Assembly (NCBI GenBank): GCA_965219955.1
Contig: OZ244799.1
Location: 2,112,001-2,176,000 of the forward strand
Reading direction: 5' to 3'
DNA length: 64,000 nucleotides
From: a bacterium
GTDB lineage: Bacteria > UBA8248
The notes beneath the pieces were generated by a model. That model did no database searches and was not told the origin of the DNA. It saw only the letters and a list, made by a program, of their open reading frames with translations. Position 1 is the stretch's first letter. Every line of letters begins with the position of its first letter. Of this stretch, positions 40,600 through 50,083 are shown in pieces. A program made the translations under genes and the position numbers.

Positions 40600-41496
40600 C
40601 TAGCGGGAGGGAATGCCCGCCATGCGCCTGAATACCTCGATGATGGCCGACGTGTCCGCGTCGGCGAGGCCGCCATGCTCGGCGGCCTGCAGCACCTGCT
40701 GGTGCACGGAGCTGAGCAGCATGGGGGAGCCGAGCTTCTGGCCCTGCTCCAGCATGAGCCGCACGTCCTTGTGGTGCTGCTTGATGCGCGAGAGGGGATT
40801 ACCGTAATCCGCGTGAATCATCCGGGGGCCGCGCTGGTCCATGGCCTTGCTGTAGGCCGCGCTGTCCTTGAGCACTTCGAGCAGGCGCTCCATCTCCAGG
40901 TCCGACTTCATGCCCAGAACGAGGCCTTCGGAGAGCGCCAGGCGCGTCAGGCCCAGCACGAGGTTGATGACGAGCTTCGTCCGCGCGCCCGCCCCGTTCG
41001 GCCCCATGTGGTGGATGGAGCGGGCGAACGTCGCCAGAATCGGCTCCCCCTTCTCGAAATCGCTCTCCTCGCCCCCGACGACGGAGACGATCTGCCCGTC
41101 GAGCACCTGGTTGCGCGAACCGCTCAGGCTCGCATCGAGAAAGCCGATGTTCCTGGCGCGGAGGTCTGCCCCGAGTTTTTGGGAATCATCGGGGCTCGCC
41201 GTCGAGGTGTCGATGACGATGAGGCCGTCCCGCGCCACGCTTGCGATGCCGCCCTCACCCAGGCAGCTTTCGCGGACGACGTGGCTGTAGAGCAGCGAGA
41301 TGATGACGAACTGCGCGTCCTCCGCCGCTTCCGCCGCCGAGCTTGTCGGAGTACCTCCGTTTTCGGCGAGCGCATCGAGCCTGCTCCCGTCGATGTCGAA
41401 CCCGCGCACGCGGTGGCCCGCTTCCATCAATTTTTGGCTCATGGCCGTTCCCATGAGGCCGAGTCCTACGATTCCGATGTTCACGCTATCCGTCAT
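40600..41496 (-). CDS. 3-hydroxyisobutyrate dehydrogenase family oxidoreductase
   Basis: GIVGLGLMG, DTST, FLDASLSG, GAG..TKLVIN, HKDV. Confidence 0.9.
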   Translation of the reverse strand: MTDSVNIGIVGLGLMGTAMSQKLMEAGHRVRGFDIDGSRLDALAENGGTPTSSAAEAAEDAQFVIISLLYSHVVRESCLGEGGIASVARDGLIVIDTSTASPDDSQKLGADLRARNIGFLDASLSGSRNQVLDGQIVSVVGGEESDFEKGEPILATFARSIHHMGPNGAGARTKLVINLVLGLTRLALSEGLVLGMKSDLEMERLLEVLKDSAAYSKAMDQRGPRMIHADYGNPLSRIKQHHKDVRLMLEQGQKLGSPMLLSSVHQQVLQAAEHGGLADADTSAIIEVFRRMAGIPSR

Positions 41497-41530
41497 TTCA
41501 CGTCTCCAAACATACGAAGCCATCCCCCCG

Positions 41531-41702
41531 AGGGCCGTTGAAAAACCCCATCAAGAAGGTCCATCAAAAACCCCCTCAAGGGGAGGGAATCCCTATCATC
41601 GAATTGTTCACCGTAGGGACAGGCCTCCGTGCCTGTCCTAACGCAGGACAACCACGGAGGGTTGTCCCTACAAAACCATCACGAAGGTTTTTCAACATCC
41701 CC
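41531..41702. mobile_element. TIR-bounded composite repeat cluster 10
   Basis: GGGCCGTTGAAAAAC ... GTTTTTCAACATCCCC; GTAG REP doublet inside; CATCCCCCCGAG direct repeat at 41521-41532 and 41696-41707. Confidence 0.8.
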
Positions 41703-41720
41703 CCGAGAAAAGTATGAAAA

Positions 41721-42833
41721 TCAGAATTTGGGTCGTCCCTCGGGAGCGTACCCCGTCATCTCGACAAAGCCCACCCCCGTGAGCTTTTTTTCGCCCGAAA
41801 CGCCTTCGGCGAATACGCCTCCTTCCCAATAGGTGATGCCCGTACTTCCCTTCGATTCAATCTCCTGCGCGCGGGCGTATGGCTCAACCCGCAACCGAAG
41901 GCCGTGCGCCGGAACCTCGACCTCCCACCCCATGGGATAGACGGCGCCGCTCCGCTCGCTCTTCCAGCTACCCGTGCCCTGGAAGCGGAAATCACCGAGG
42001 CGCAGATGCGCCGCGCGGCCATCCGCCTCCACCAGCGTGCCGCTGCTCGTGGGCTCCACGCCCCCGTCTTTTCGTCTCATGAGATATAACATCAAATCGC
42101 GTCCGTCGGACAACTGGAGGCTCAGCCAGTCCCACCCCACCTGATCCTTCGTCAACTGGTTCGAGCCGAACTCATGGTCCATCCACGCCGTTCCCCGAAC
42201 ATCGAGCCGCCTCCCTTCGATTTCGAGAGCACCCGACGCGAGAAGCCGCGTGTAGGAATAATAGTGAGAGGCGCGCCCCGGACCCGGCGCCTTCCGGCTC
42301 ACCCCGTCCTCGCCGTGAATCACGAGGGGCTTCCCGGGCTTAAGTTCCAGGCCCAGTTTCATCTCGGGCGTCGCCGCGCTGATGCGAATCGAGAATAAAC
42401 CTTCCCCGCCCTCGCTCTCGGCGCTCCAGTCGCGCAGCCAGACCTTGAAATTCTCCTCCGAGGCGCCCGCCTGCTCGAGTTCTCCCCGGCTGATTCGCTC
42501 GGAAAACCAGTGCTTTCCGCGCTTCGCGTCCAGGACCGAGAAATGCCCGAAATAAAGGTTCCTGAGCGCCCAGCGGCTCTTCGATTTTGGCGGCGCTCCC
42601 GGTCGAAGCCCCGCCCTGAAAAACGTGAGCATGAACGGGTATCTTTCGCCTTCTGAATCCCGCAGGTTGCCCGAGAAATACCACCACTCCGTACGGAACG
42701 CCTCGTGCGCGCCGTGATCGCGGGGGAACTCGTAGCGATAGCCGGGAAGCGCCTGCCGCCAACTCGCAGGATGCGCGGGCGCAGCGCCCAGGATGAAGAG
42801 GGCGGCCAGAAGGGATGGAAAAAGTTTCTTCAT
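41721..42833 (-). CDS. AttH/CrtC-like lipocalin-domain secreted protein
   Basis: Signal peptide; FPRDHGAH..FRTEWWY, ASHYYS, WMDHEF, GWDW, YWEG, GFVEMTGY. Confidence 0.9.
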   Translation of the reverse strand: MKKLFPSLLAALFILGAAPAHPASWRQALPGYRYEFPRDHGAHEAFRTEWWYFSGNLRDSEGERYPFMLTFFRAGLRPGAPPKSKSRWALRNLYFGHFSVLDAKRGKHWFSERISRGELEQAGASEENFKVWLRDWSAESEGGEGLFSIRISAATPEMKLGLELKPGKPLVIHGEDGVSRKAPGPGRASHYYSYTRLLASGALEIEGRRLDVRGTAWMDHEFGSNQLTKDQVGWDWLSLQLSDGRDLMLYLMRRKDGGVEPTSSGTLVEADGRAAHLRLGDFRFQGTGSWKSERSGAVYPMGWEVEVPAHGLRLRVEPYARAQEIESKGSTGITYWEGGVFAEGVSGEKKLTGVGFVEMTGYAPEGRPKF

Positions 42834-45424
42834 TCCCCGCTCAATGCCTCCCGAATGGGAATTCTCGCGGCGGCTCTCGCGGGGAGCCAGCCTGCCGCCA
42901 GCGAGGCGAGCACCACGACGAGAAGATAGACCGCCATCGCCTTCCAGGTGAAGATATACTGGATCGTCCAGCCGAAACTGAGCTTGTTGACGACGAAGAT
43001 CAGGATGGCCGCCAGACACACGCCCGCCGCAAGGCCGACCAAAACCGAGAGCGCGCCCAGAATGACCGCCTCCCCCATGATGGCGCTGATGATTCCCTTG
43101 CGGTTCAGGCCCATGGCGCGCAGCGCGCCGATTTCGTGCACGCGCTCCAGGATGTTCGAACTCAGGCCCGTGGCCACGCTGAGCAGAGCCACCGCGACGG
43201 CGATGAACTCCAGCGCATACGTGATGGCGAACGTCTGGTCGAAGATGTTCGATACGCGCTTTTTGAGGCCCGCGTTCGAGATCAGCACCATGGTGGGGTC
43301 GAGAACTCCTTCGAGCGATTTGCGAACCTCTTCCGGGCGCGCGTTTTCCGTGAGATAAATCGCCAGGGCGCTCAAGCGATCGTCCCCCCAGTGTTTTTTC
43401 AGGAATTCGCGATCCACCACGACGAACCCGCCGTCGGTGGTGTAGTCGTAATACACGCCCGCGACGCGCACCGCGACCTCGCCCCCCGGAGCCGGGAGGC
43501 GCAGGAGGTCCCCTTTCTTCACGCCGTAGAGGTTCGAGAACGTCTCGGTGATTATCGCCTCGCCGCGCTCCCTCGCCCGCGTGATCGTTTCTTTCGAGTC
43601 GCCCTCCAGGAACAGCCGCCTGCCCCTCTCGGCCTCGATGAGAAAATCACCGCCCGCCAGCGTGATGCGCTCTCCGCGCCAGGGCAGGCGAACGGCCCTG
43701 AAGCCACCGACCGCCGCGACGCCCGAAACGCCGCCGATAGCCTGAATCGCGTCTTCTGAAACGCTCGCCTTCGACCCCTTGATGAAGCGCGACGCGGGCG
43801 CGGCGTAGAAGTCGGCTCTCAGCGTCTGCCGCGTCCAGATTTCCACCGTGGCGCGGAAGCTCTCGATCATGATGATGAGGCTCACCAGCATGGCCACGGC
43901 GATGGCCAGCGAAGACAGCGTGACCGCGTTTCGATGCGGGTGCCTGCCCAGGCCGTGCGCGGCGAGCCAGGCGTTCACGGCGCCGCCCGGAAGCCGCCGG
44001 ATGATGATCGAACCCAGCAAGACGACCGGCAGACTCGCGAGCGCGGTGGCCAGAATGACCGCCGCAGCCGATAGATAGCCGGGCCAGGGCGTCCCCTGCG
44101 CCAGGGCTCGCAAGTTCAGCCCGTAGGCGATGAGGGCGGCTACCGAAGCGCTTGCGGCGTAAGCGGCGATGGCCGCAGGCCGCACCTCCACTTTTCCGCG
44201 CGCCTCCACGGCGCCCTGGCGGGGACTCTGACGCGAGGCGACGATTGCAGGATAAATCCCCGAAACGAGGGAAACGCCCAGCCCCATGCCGAATCCCCAA
44301 AACAGCTCTCGTGGTCCAAAGAGAACGTGGCGCACCTCCAGAAACGCGTAGAGATTGCGTATCGTCTGGGAGATGAACGAGAGAGCGCCCTGGGCCATGA
44401 ACACCCCCATCGCAACGCCAAGGCACGAACCGGCCAGGCCGATGCAAAGCGCCTCCGCGCCGTAAAGGCAGACGATTCCTCTCGACGTCATGCCCAGTGA
44501 GCGCAGGGTGGCGATTTCACCCCTGCGCCGCAAGACCGAAGCCGACATCGTGTTGTAGATCAGAAAACAGCCCACCAGGAGTGAGATGACGCTCAGCACC
44601 GTGAGATTGAGCTGGAACGACGCAAGCATTTTCTCCACGTCGCGTCCGCGCCGCGCGGGCCGCTCGACAATCGCGCCGGACGGGAGGATGCGCTGGATTT
44701 TTTCGCGGATCGATTCGATTTCGCCATCATCCTCCAGAATCAGATCGATCCTGTCCAGACGGCCGAAACGCTCGAACACCTCTTGCGCCACGCCGATGTC
44801 CATGATGATCAGGCGGCCGTCCATCGACTTCGCCATGCCTTCGGGCTTCAGGACGCCACGGACGCGAAAGCGCATCCGACGCGCGGCCTCGATCTCGACG
44901 AAATCGCCAACGCCCGCGCCCAGCGCATCCGCCACCCCTCGGGCGATGAACAGACCCTGCGGGTCGGCGATGCGCGAAAGAATTTCCTCGCGCGAGTATT
45001 TGTTCTCAAACGAATAGCCCCTGAAATCGTTATCCCCCAGCAGGTCGAGTCCCAGCGCCAGCGCGGCGCGTCCTTGAGCCGGGGCGCCGCGCCGCCACCT
45101 GTCTCCTGTGCCGTCCGCCTTCCGCACCCAGACGTGCCGCTGCATGACGGGCGCCGCTCTTCTCACTTCCTTCATGTCGCGGAGTCTCAAGATGAGATTT
45201 TCATCCACGCCCAGACCGCCCGCGGAGACTTCGAGTTGCGTCTTGCCGGAAATGGCAACCAAACTGTTTTCAAACGCCCGGGTGGACGTCTCGTTCGCCA
45301 TCTTGACGGCGATGAACACGGCGACGCCCAGGGCCACGCCCACGAGCGTGAGAGCCAGGCGAAACGGCTCTTCCTTGAGGCGCCGCCAGGCGAGAAGGCG
45401 CAAGAGGGAAAAGGTGAGGCTCAT
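42830..45424 (-). CDS. FtsX-like ABC transporter permease (AttF/AttG type)
   Basis: Two FtsX/MacB-type repeats (GVALGVAV, RRGEIATLRSLG, IFDQTFAIT, SFGWTI). Confidence 0.9.
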   Translation of the reverse strand: MSLTFSLLRLLAWRRLKEEPFRLALTLVGVALGVAVFIAVKMANETSTRAFENSLVAISGKTQLEVSAGGLGVDENLILRLRDMKEVRRAAPVMQRHVWVRKADGTGDRWRRGAPAQGRAALALGLDLLGDNDFRGYSFENKYSREEILSRIADPQGLFIARGVADALGAGVGDFVEIEAARRMRFRVRGVLKPEGMAKSMDGRLIIMDIGVAQEVFERFGRLDRIDLILEDDGEIESIREKIQRILPSGAIVERPARRGRDVEKMLASFQLNLTVLSVISLLVGCFLIYNTMSASVLRRRGEIATLRSLGMTSRGIVCLYGAEALCIGLAGSCLGVAMGVFMAQGALSFISQTIRNLYAFLEVRHVLFGPRELFWGFGMGLGVSLVSGIYPAIVASRQSPRQGAVEARGKVEVRPAAIAAYAASASVAALIAYGLNLRALAQGTPWPGYLSAAAVILATALASLPVVLLGSIIIRRLPGGAVNAWLAAHGLGRHPHRNAVTLSSLAIAVAMLVSLIIMIESFRATVEIWTRQTLRADFYAAPASRFIKGSKASVSEDAIQAIGGVSGVAAVGGFRAVRLPWRGERITLAGGDFLIEAERGRRLFLEGDSKETITRARERGEAIITETFSNLYGVKKGDLLRLPAPGGEVAVRVAGVYYDYTTDGGFVVVDREFLKKHWGDDRLSALAIYLTENARPEEVRKSLEGVLDPTMVLISNAGLKKRVSNIFDQTFAITYALEFIAVAVALLSVATGLSSNILERVHEIGALRAMGLNRKGIISAIMGEAVILGALSVLVGLAAGVCLAAILIFVVNKLSFGWTIQYIFTWKAMAVYLLVVVLASLAAGWLPARAAARIPIREALSGE

Positions 45425-45439
45425 CAGCCCGCCGCCTCC

Positions 45440-46237
45440 GTGGTTGTTGAAAAACCCTTTCTCGCCCGGAATTGGCCCCCACCGCCGCGGCTGCGGACTT
45501 CACTCTTGAACAGCATGGCCGACAAACGAGAGAGGAAAGAATCACTCCCCCCTTGAAGGGGGTTGTTGAAAAAGTCCGATAAAGGAGGGTTGGCGGTTGT
45601 AGGGACAACCCTCCGTGGTTGTCCTTCGTCAGGACAGGCACGGAGGCCTGTCCCTACGGCAAACAATTCGATGATCGGGATTCCCTCCCCTCGATGGGGT
45701 TTCCGATGAACCTTCTTGAGGGGCTTTTTCAACAACCCCTGAAGGGGGTGTTGAAAAATTCCCGATTGAATGGTTTGGCGTAGGGGAGCACCTGTGTGTG
45801 CTCCCGTTTTCCGTGTTCTCGTCCGGGCGAGTTGGCGGACACGCAGGTCCGCCCCTACGTCACTCATCCCGAGCAACCCGCCACTCCGCCTCACCCTGAG
45901 TAGCGGCCCCTCGACTTCGCCCGGGGCAGGCTCCGCCGTTCCCCGACATCCCTCACCCTGGGTAGCGGTCCCTCGACTCCGCTCGGGGCAAGCTCCGCCT
46001 CCCCCACCTTCCTCATCCTGAGTAACCGCCGAAGGCGGTGTATCGAAGGATGCCTTCTCGCTCGCCGGGAGGCGCCTCCCATCCTTCGATACGGCGCTCG
46101 CGCGCCTACTCAGGATGAGGGTTTGGGGTCGTCCGGTGAGAGATTGCAAAAACCACGTTTTCCCGCAGGCGGACACGACACATGAGAGAGGACGTGGTCC
46201 AGCGCAGGGAGCGCTTATGGTCTTTTTCAACAACCAT
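45440..46237. mobile_element. Nested TIR-bounded element (798 bp) with 5-bp TSD CCTCC, inserted in the ABC ATPase 3' end
   Basis: 14-bp perfect TIR TGGTTGTTGAAAAA; CCTCC at 45435-45439 and 46238-46242; inner element 45559-45739 flanked by TGAAG/TGAAG. Confidence 0.9.
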
Positions 46238-46910
46238 CCTCCAGGCGGCCATCAACCATTCCGACCCTCCGGGTGGCGTAGCGCAAGGGCATCCGGTCGT
46301 GCGTGGCCATGATGATCGTGAAACCGTCTTCCCGGTGGAGTTCGGAAACGAGTTCCAGGACGTTTTGCGAGTTCTCGGTATCGAGGTTGCCCGTCGGTTC
46401 ATCGGCCAGGATGAGGCGGGGCTTGTGGATGACGGCGCGCGCGACGGCCACGCGCTGCATCTCGCCGCCCGAGAGCTGCCTCGGGAAACTGCGCATCCGG
46501 TTCGCCAGCCCGACGCGCGCCAGGGCGTTCTCGGCCATCTCCTTGATTTCGGACCGCTTCCGGCCCTGAAGCAGGAGCGGCAGGGCGACGTTCTCATACG
46601 CGGTCATCGTCGGCATGAGATGAAAGAACTGATGGATGAAGCCCACCTCTTTCCGGCGGATTTCGCTCAAGCCCTCATCGCTCAGGCGCGATATTTCGCG
46701 CCCGTCCAGAAAAACCTCGCCGCTCGATGGGGCGTCGACCGCGCCCATCAGGTGCAGAAACGTGCTCTTGCCCGAACCGCTGGGGCCCGAAACCGTGATA
46801 AACTCACCCTGCTCCGCCCGGAAGCTGACGTCCCTGAGCGCGTGGATGATCGCGTCGCCCGCGACGTAGGTTCTGGACACTTCTTTCAATTCGACCAGGG
46901 GGTGGGGCAT
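46227..46910 (-). CDS. LolD/MacB-type ABC transporter ATP-binding protein
   Basis: GPSGSGKST, LSGGEMQR, ADEPTGNLD, ATHD; last codons replaced by TIR sequence. Confidence 0.93.
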   Translation of the reverse strand: MPHPLVELKEVSRTYVAGDAIIHALRDVSFRAEQGEFITVSGPSGSGKSTFLHLMGAVDAPSSGEVFLDGREISRLSDEGLSEIRRKEVGFIHQFFHLMPTMTAYENVALPLLLQGRKRSEIKEMAENALARVGLANRMRSFPRQLSGGEMQRVAVARAVIHKPRLILADEPTGNLDTENSQNVLELVSELHREDGFTIIMATHDRMPLRYATRRVGMVDGRLEDGC

Positions 46911-46931
46911 ACCGTTTCTCCAAACGAACAC

Positions 46932-47354
46932 ATGGGAACATCAAGGAGTCTTCACTTGTTCGAATCGCTGCCCGCCGTTTTCCTCATCACCAAAGACTAT
47001 GAGGCGTCGTGTCGTTTTTATACCGAAACGCTGGGTCTGAAAGAAGCGAGCCGGGCGAAAGACCACGTGCGCTATGACCTGGGAGGAACCTCGCTCGTCA
47101 TCCACGCGCCGATTCCCGATGAGGAGATGCGGAAGTGGAATCTCGAACCCCTCCGGGAGCCCCGCGGCTCTGGCGTCGTCGTCACGCTCACGCCCGAGGA
47201 CGTGGATCGCGCCCATGACGCGCTCATCGAAAAGGGCGCGGAGGTCATATTCCCTCCCCGCGACGCCCCCTGGGGCGTGCGCATGTTCATGCTGAAAGAC
47301 CCGAACGGGTTTCTGATCGAGGTCAGCAAACCCCTTCCAGGCGGGGATTGTTGA
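46932..47354 (+). CDS. VOC/glyoxalase family protein
   Basis: D...S.RFY...LG, DVDRAHDAL...G, PWGVR.F...DPNG..IE; stop lies inside a TIR. Confidence 0.85.
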   Translation: MGTSRSLHLFESLPAVFLITKDYEASCRFYTETLGLKEASRAKDHVRYDLGGTSLVIHAPIPDEEMRKWNLEPLREPRGSGVVVTLTPEDVDRAHDALIEKGAEVIFPPRDAPWGVRMFMLKDPNGFLIEVSKPLPGGDC

Positions 47355-48111
47355 AGAAGCCCTCGTCAAGGGAGTACCCCCCCACCCCCCTTTTCGGGAC
47401 TGGTGAAAAAGCCCTTTATGCGTCCCCTGGAAACCGCCGACGCCCCTTTCCTCACCCTGAGTAGCCGCCGAAGGCGGCGTATCGAAGGGCGCGGTGAGTC
47501 GAACGCCTCGCGCCGGGCGAGAGGGCATCCTTCGATACGGCGCTTGCGCGCCTACTCAGGATGAGGCGGTGTGGTTTTGTTCGTCATTCCGGCGAAAGCC
47601 GGAATCCATTTTCGCCTTTGCCTTTTCGCCTCCTCGTTCGGCCGTCTTTACTTCCGGGCGAGGCGGATCGGAATCGAACACAAAAACGAAAGGCGAATTC
47701 TCTGGATTCCCGCATCCGGATACCGGCCAACAACGAGGTCGTGGCACCCTGCCCGGTGAAAAGTCAAAATGGATTCCGGCTTTCGCCGGAATGACGGCGG
47801 GGCGTGACCGTAGGGACAGGTCGCGACCTGTCCCTACAGAACCACCGCGCCAGTCCGTAATCACTCCCCCCTTGAGGGTCTGGCTTCCCGAGGGGAAAGC
47901 CAGACGAAGAGCTAAGGGCGTAAGCCCGAAAGCGATTCGGTGGGGGGGATAATCCGGAATGGCGATAAAACGCGATTCACCCCCCACCGATTCAGCCTTC
48001 GCACAAACCGCTCGGCTTCATCGACTCCCCCTCAAGGGGGGAGTGATTTTTCTCTCTCGTCGGTCGGTTGCATACGACAAATCCAGAGTTCCGGGCTTTT
48101 CCAACAACCCC
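47344..48111. mobile_element. TIR-bounded composite repeat cluster 12 (all five cargo families)
   Basis: GGGATTGTTGAAGAAG ... CTTTTCCAACAACCCC; CCTGAGTAG pair, CGTC pair (47582/47770), 28-bp palindrome at 47810, CACTCCCCCCTTGA unit nearly identical to that in cluster 2. Confidence 0.85.
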
Positions 48112-48119
48112 CAACCGGC

Positions 48120-48989
48120 TCAGGACAGGCCTTCGAACACCGACCTCTCCTCGCCTCGCACTTCCGTCTGCGATTGGGCGCAAACGAAGGTTTCCTCGTT
48201 GTAGAGCCACCGCCCCGTCATGCGGACGAACCACCAGAAGAAATTCCCGTTGATCTGGCTCTTGTGCGCGGTGAGCGCGCGCCATTTGCGGCGAAGGTAT
48301 CTGCGGATGTTCACGCGGGTGGTGATGAGTTCATCCGGCGTCCCGTACTTGTCCTCCCGGAAATCGGGATCGTCGAGCGGCGTTTTCTGTCCGAAAAGCT
48401 TCATCCAGCGCCAGGCGCGCAGCATCTTCGTGCGCGACCAGGCGGTGTGGTAGAACTTGGGAACGCGCCAGGCCTCTCGTCCGCTTTCAGGAAATCGGGA
48501 GGAGTCCGCGGCCGCCTCCAGCGCCTCGGTGGTGACCTTGTTGGCCATTAGATGATCGGGGTGGCCGTACCCGCCCTGCTCGTTGTAGGTGACGACCACG
48601 TCGGGGCGATAACGGCGTATGTAGCCCACTATCCTGCCGACGACTTCCTCCTCATCGGCGTTCTTGAATGCTTTAACATGTCCGTTCCCCTCCCATCCGT
48701 CCATGCCCGAATCGCGATAGCCCAGGGCGTGAACCTCGGAAACCTGCAGAATCCGCGCCGCGCGTTCGAGTTCTTCGATTCTGATCTCCCCGAGCCTGTT
48801 CTGGTCCGCCTCGGAGTCGGGGTCGAGTTTTTCGCCGAGATGCTCCATCTTGCCCATCTCGCCGTTGGTGCAGGTGATGAGTATGACGCGGTGGCCTTCG
48901 CGCGCGCTCCTGAGGATCAGGCCGCCCGTGCTGCTGCACTCATCGTCGGGGTGCGCATGGACAAGCATTAACGTGAAGGTTTTGGACAT
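48120..48989 (-). CDS. PIG-L family deacetylase (MshB/Mca-like)
   Basis: VHAHPDDE, TNGEMG, LGYRDSGM, GGYGHPDH, AHKSQI. Confidence 0.9.
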   Translation of the reverse strand: MSKTFTLMLVHAHPDDECSSTGGLILRSAREGHRVILITCTNGEMGKMEHLGEKLDPDSEADQNRLGEIRIEELERAARILQVSEVHALGYRDSGMDGWEGNGHVKAFKNADEEEVVGRIVGYIRRYRPDVVVTYNEQGGYGHPDHLMANKVTTEALEAAADSSRFPESGREAWRVPKFYHTAWSRTKMLRAWRWMKLFGQKTPLDDPDFREDKYGTPDELITTRVNIRRYLRRKWRALTAHKSQINGNFFWWFVRMTGRWLYNEETFVCAQSQTEVRGEERSVFEGLS

Positions 48990-49060
48990 GGGTTCCGGAC
49001 GCCCGGAGGCGCGAGAAAGGCCGCCGGAACGAAGCCCGGCGGCCCTTGGAGGCGACAAAA

Positions 49061-50083
49061 CTAGTGGTGTTCCCAGGTGTCTCCCGAATTCAAGAGCGCG
49101 TCGATATCGCCCTCGCCTTTCGCCTGGGCCTCGGCGACTTGATCCACCATCAAGCCCTCGAACGGCGGACGCTCCACCTTCCTCAGAACGCCCAGGGGCA
49201 CGGGGCCGCCCTCGAGTTCGACCCGGCTCAGGATATGGGCGTAGCCGCCCGCCTCGTCGTCCACGCGGTGGACGGTCACGTCGGGGGAATCGGCCTCGAC
49301 GATGCGGACCTTGTAATCATCGAGGGAAATGCCCTTTCGATCATCCTCAGGGCCGTAGACGAGGGGCCGGCCGTCTTCGAGATAAACCACGTTCTGCTCT
49401 TTCATGCCTTTCTCGGTGAATTCGTGCCACGCGCCGTCGTTGAACACGATGCAGTTCTGCAGCACCTCGAGCAGGGACGTTCCCTCGTGGTTCGCCATCT
49501 CCTCGAACATCGAGGCCATGTGCTTCTGATCCCTGTCCGTCGTGCGGGCGACGAAGCTGCACTCCGCCCCCAGGGCCAGCGTCAGCGGGTGGAGCGGGTA
49601 GTCCACCGAGCCGATGGGCGTGGACTTCGTGCGCGAGCCCAGGAGCGAGGTCGGTGAATACTGGCCCTTGGTCAATCCGTACACGCGGTTGTTGAAGAGG
49701 ATGATCTTGACGCCCACGTTGCGGCGCATGGAGTGGATCAGGTGGTTTCCGCCGATGCTCAGCGCGTCGCCGTCACCGCTGATGACCCAGACGGAGAGGT
49801 CCGGGTTGCTCACCTTGACGCCGGTGGCGAACGCAGGCGCCCGCCCGTGAATGGTGTGGAAACCGAACGTGTCCATGTAGTAGGGGAAGCGCGCAGCGCA
49901 GCCGATGCCGGATACGAAAACGAACTTCTCGCGCGGAATCTCGAGCGTCGGCAAGACTTTTTGCATCTGCGCCAGAATCGCGTAGTCTCCGCAACCCGGG
50001 CACCAGCGCACGACCTGGTCGGACTGAAAATCCTTGCGGGTGAGGCCCAAACCCCCGCCGTTCTTGGTTGTCGTCGTAGACAT
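49061..50083 (-). CDS. korB: 2-oxoacid:ferredoxin oxidoreductase beta subunit
   Basis: WCPGCGD, SGIGC, HTIHGRA, GDGD..SIGGNH, NN.VYGLTKGQYSPT. Confidence 0.93.
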   Translation of the reverse strand: MSTTTTKNGGGLGLTRKDFQSDQVVRWCPGCGDYAILAQMQKVLPTLEIPREKFVFVSGIGCAARFPYYMDTFGFHTIHGRAPAFATGVKVSNPDLSVWVISGDGDALSIGGNHLIHSMRRNVGVKIILFNNRVYGLTKGQYSPTSLLGSRTKSTPIGSVDYPLHPLTLALGAECSFVARTTDRDQKHMASMFEEMANHEGTSLLEVLQNCIVFNDGAWHEFTEKGMKEQNVVYLEDGRPLVYGPEDDRKGISLDDYKVRIVEADSPDVTVHRVDDEAGGYAHILSRVELEGGPVPLGVLRKVERPPFEGLMVDQVAEAQAKGEGDIDALLNSGDTWEHH

